Source of the DNA: Eledone cirrhosa
Lineage: Eukaryota
Direction: 5' to 3'
NCBI GenBank assembly: GCA_964016885.1
Contig: OZ024743.1
Coordinates: forward strand, 151,404,001 to 151,468,000
Length of the DNA stretch: 64,000 bases
The notes beneath the pieces were generated by a model, which was not told where the DNA came from, did not search any database, and worked only from the letters and a program-made list of their open reading frames with translations. Of this stretch, positions 62,839-64,000 are shown in pieces (the first letter of the stretch is position 1; each line of letters begins with the position of its first letter). Position numbers and translations under genes: made by a program.

Positions 62839-63366
62839 TATATATATATACACGCATGCAATCTATTGGTATTATGTTCTTTTTCAAATACACAGGGCTT
62901 AAGTATTAGTAAGCTAGGTATTGGTAACCCAGCTAACATCATCACCAATAAATACTGACCACTTAATTCTTAATTTCAATAAATCACACAACTCTGTGTT
63001 TTTAAGGTAAGTTATTACAAAAGTATCTGACTATAAACTTTACCTTTTATAGATCTATTTAGAAGCCATTACAAACAAGAATATGTTCAATAAATATAAC
63101 TGAATTTACAAGTTGAAATGTAGTACAGCAAGGTTAACAGTTTAATTGGCACAAACTTAATTAAACCAATAATGACTGAACTTTTCATATTTAATCGTTA
63201 TAACAGCTCGATTGTAGCAGTTGAACACTATAAAAAATAAAAGAAATAAAAAACCGGTAACAAGGAATAAATACAATTTGTTGTACATACCAATTTGCAG
63301 AGAATTACTATAGGTAGAATTGTTTGATTTCATAAACTTGTGAACTTTGAGATAATTTAAATATCC

Positions 63367-63400
63367 ACTTACCTAAGAAACAAAATAAAAGAAAAAGCAT
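63367..63400 (-). other. Candidate recursive splice site (zero-length exon)
   Basis: ctttttcttttattttgtttcttAG|GTAAGT on the host-gene strand. Confidence 0.3.
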
Positions 63401-63486
63401 TCAATAATAAATAAAATCTTATTTCTTCAATTACCGTCTTCATAATATCAAAATGTTTAAACAATATAAACCATACATTAGTATAT

Positions 63487-63650
<164 letters not shown>

Positions 63651-64000
63651 AAATATACAGAGAGAAAGACAGAGATGTTACCAGTTTTAAACTAGTAAGA
63701 CCATTCATTATTCAGCAGAGTACTCAATACGTGGGTTAGTAGAGTGTAATTATATTAGAGAGTTTGGGGCCCGACAGCTGAGCTCTTGCCATTTTGACAG
63801 CAAATTCCAGCCTGGCCCTGATTCTTTAATACAGAAGACCTCCATATAATATTCTTTTGGACGAATTTGAGAATGATTGACATGGTCAACAATATCAAAT
63901 TTAGGAAACCAAACAGATATATGTACTCTTTCTTGCACAATCTCAACTCTACTGTCTCAAATTTCAACTCTAAAAATAATTTATTTGTCTTATCTGATAA

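Overview
AT-rich, repeat-dense metazoan genomic DNA, not prokaryotic. The repeat mix (RTE LINEs with (GAT)n tails, tRNA-derived SINEs, Helitrons, abundant (TA)n/(GT)n) suggests a cephalopod such as Octopus; this is inference only. The single convincing host coding sequence is a minus-strand exon (39071-37634) encoding a Ser-rich, probably myristoylated and disordered N-terminus (MGNKSS...) that I cannot assign to a family. Most of the rest is probably long intron or intergenic DNA. Mobile elements: a nearly intact RTE LINE at the left edge, a decayed full-length RTE (50.6-54.3 kb) plus several truncated copies, a RepHel Helitron nested in a non-autonomous Helitron, another Helitron derivative, four piggyBac-type MITEs, a hAT/Charlie MITE, a Tc1/mariner (maT-like) fossil, a CRE-like RLE fragment, several SINEs with clean TSDs and a probable Penelope remnant. 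Most interesting: a C4HC3 PHD-type finger just after the RT core of the RTE ORF together with a bias for (TA)n insertion sites, a triplicated candidate pseudoknot in the RTE 5' region shared with non-autonomous partners, a candidate 14-nt microexon and a candidate recursive splice site on the host-gene strand, and an inverted duplication of a hAT end plus flank. All alignments and translations were done by eye, no database was searched, and the boundaries of decayed repeats are approximate.
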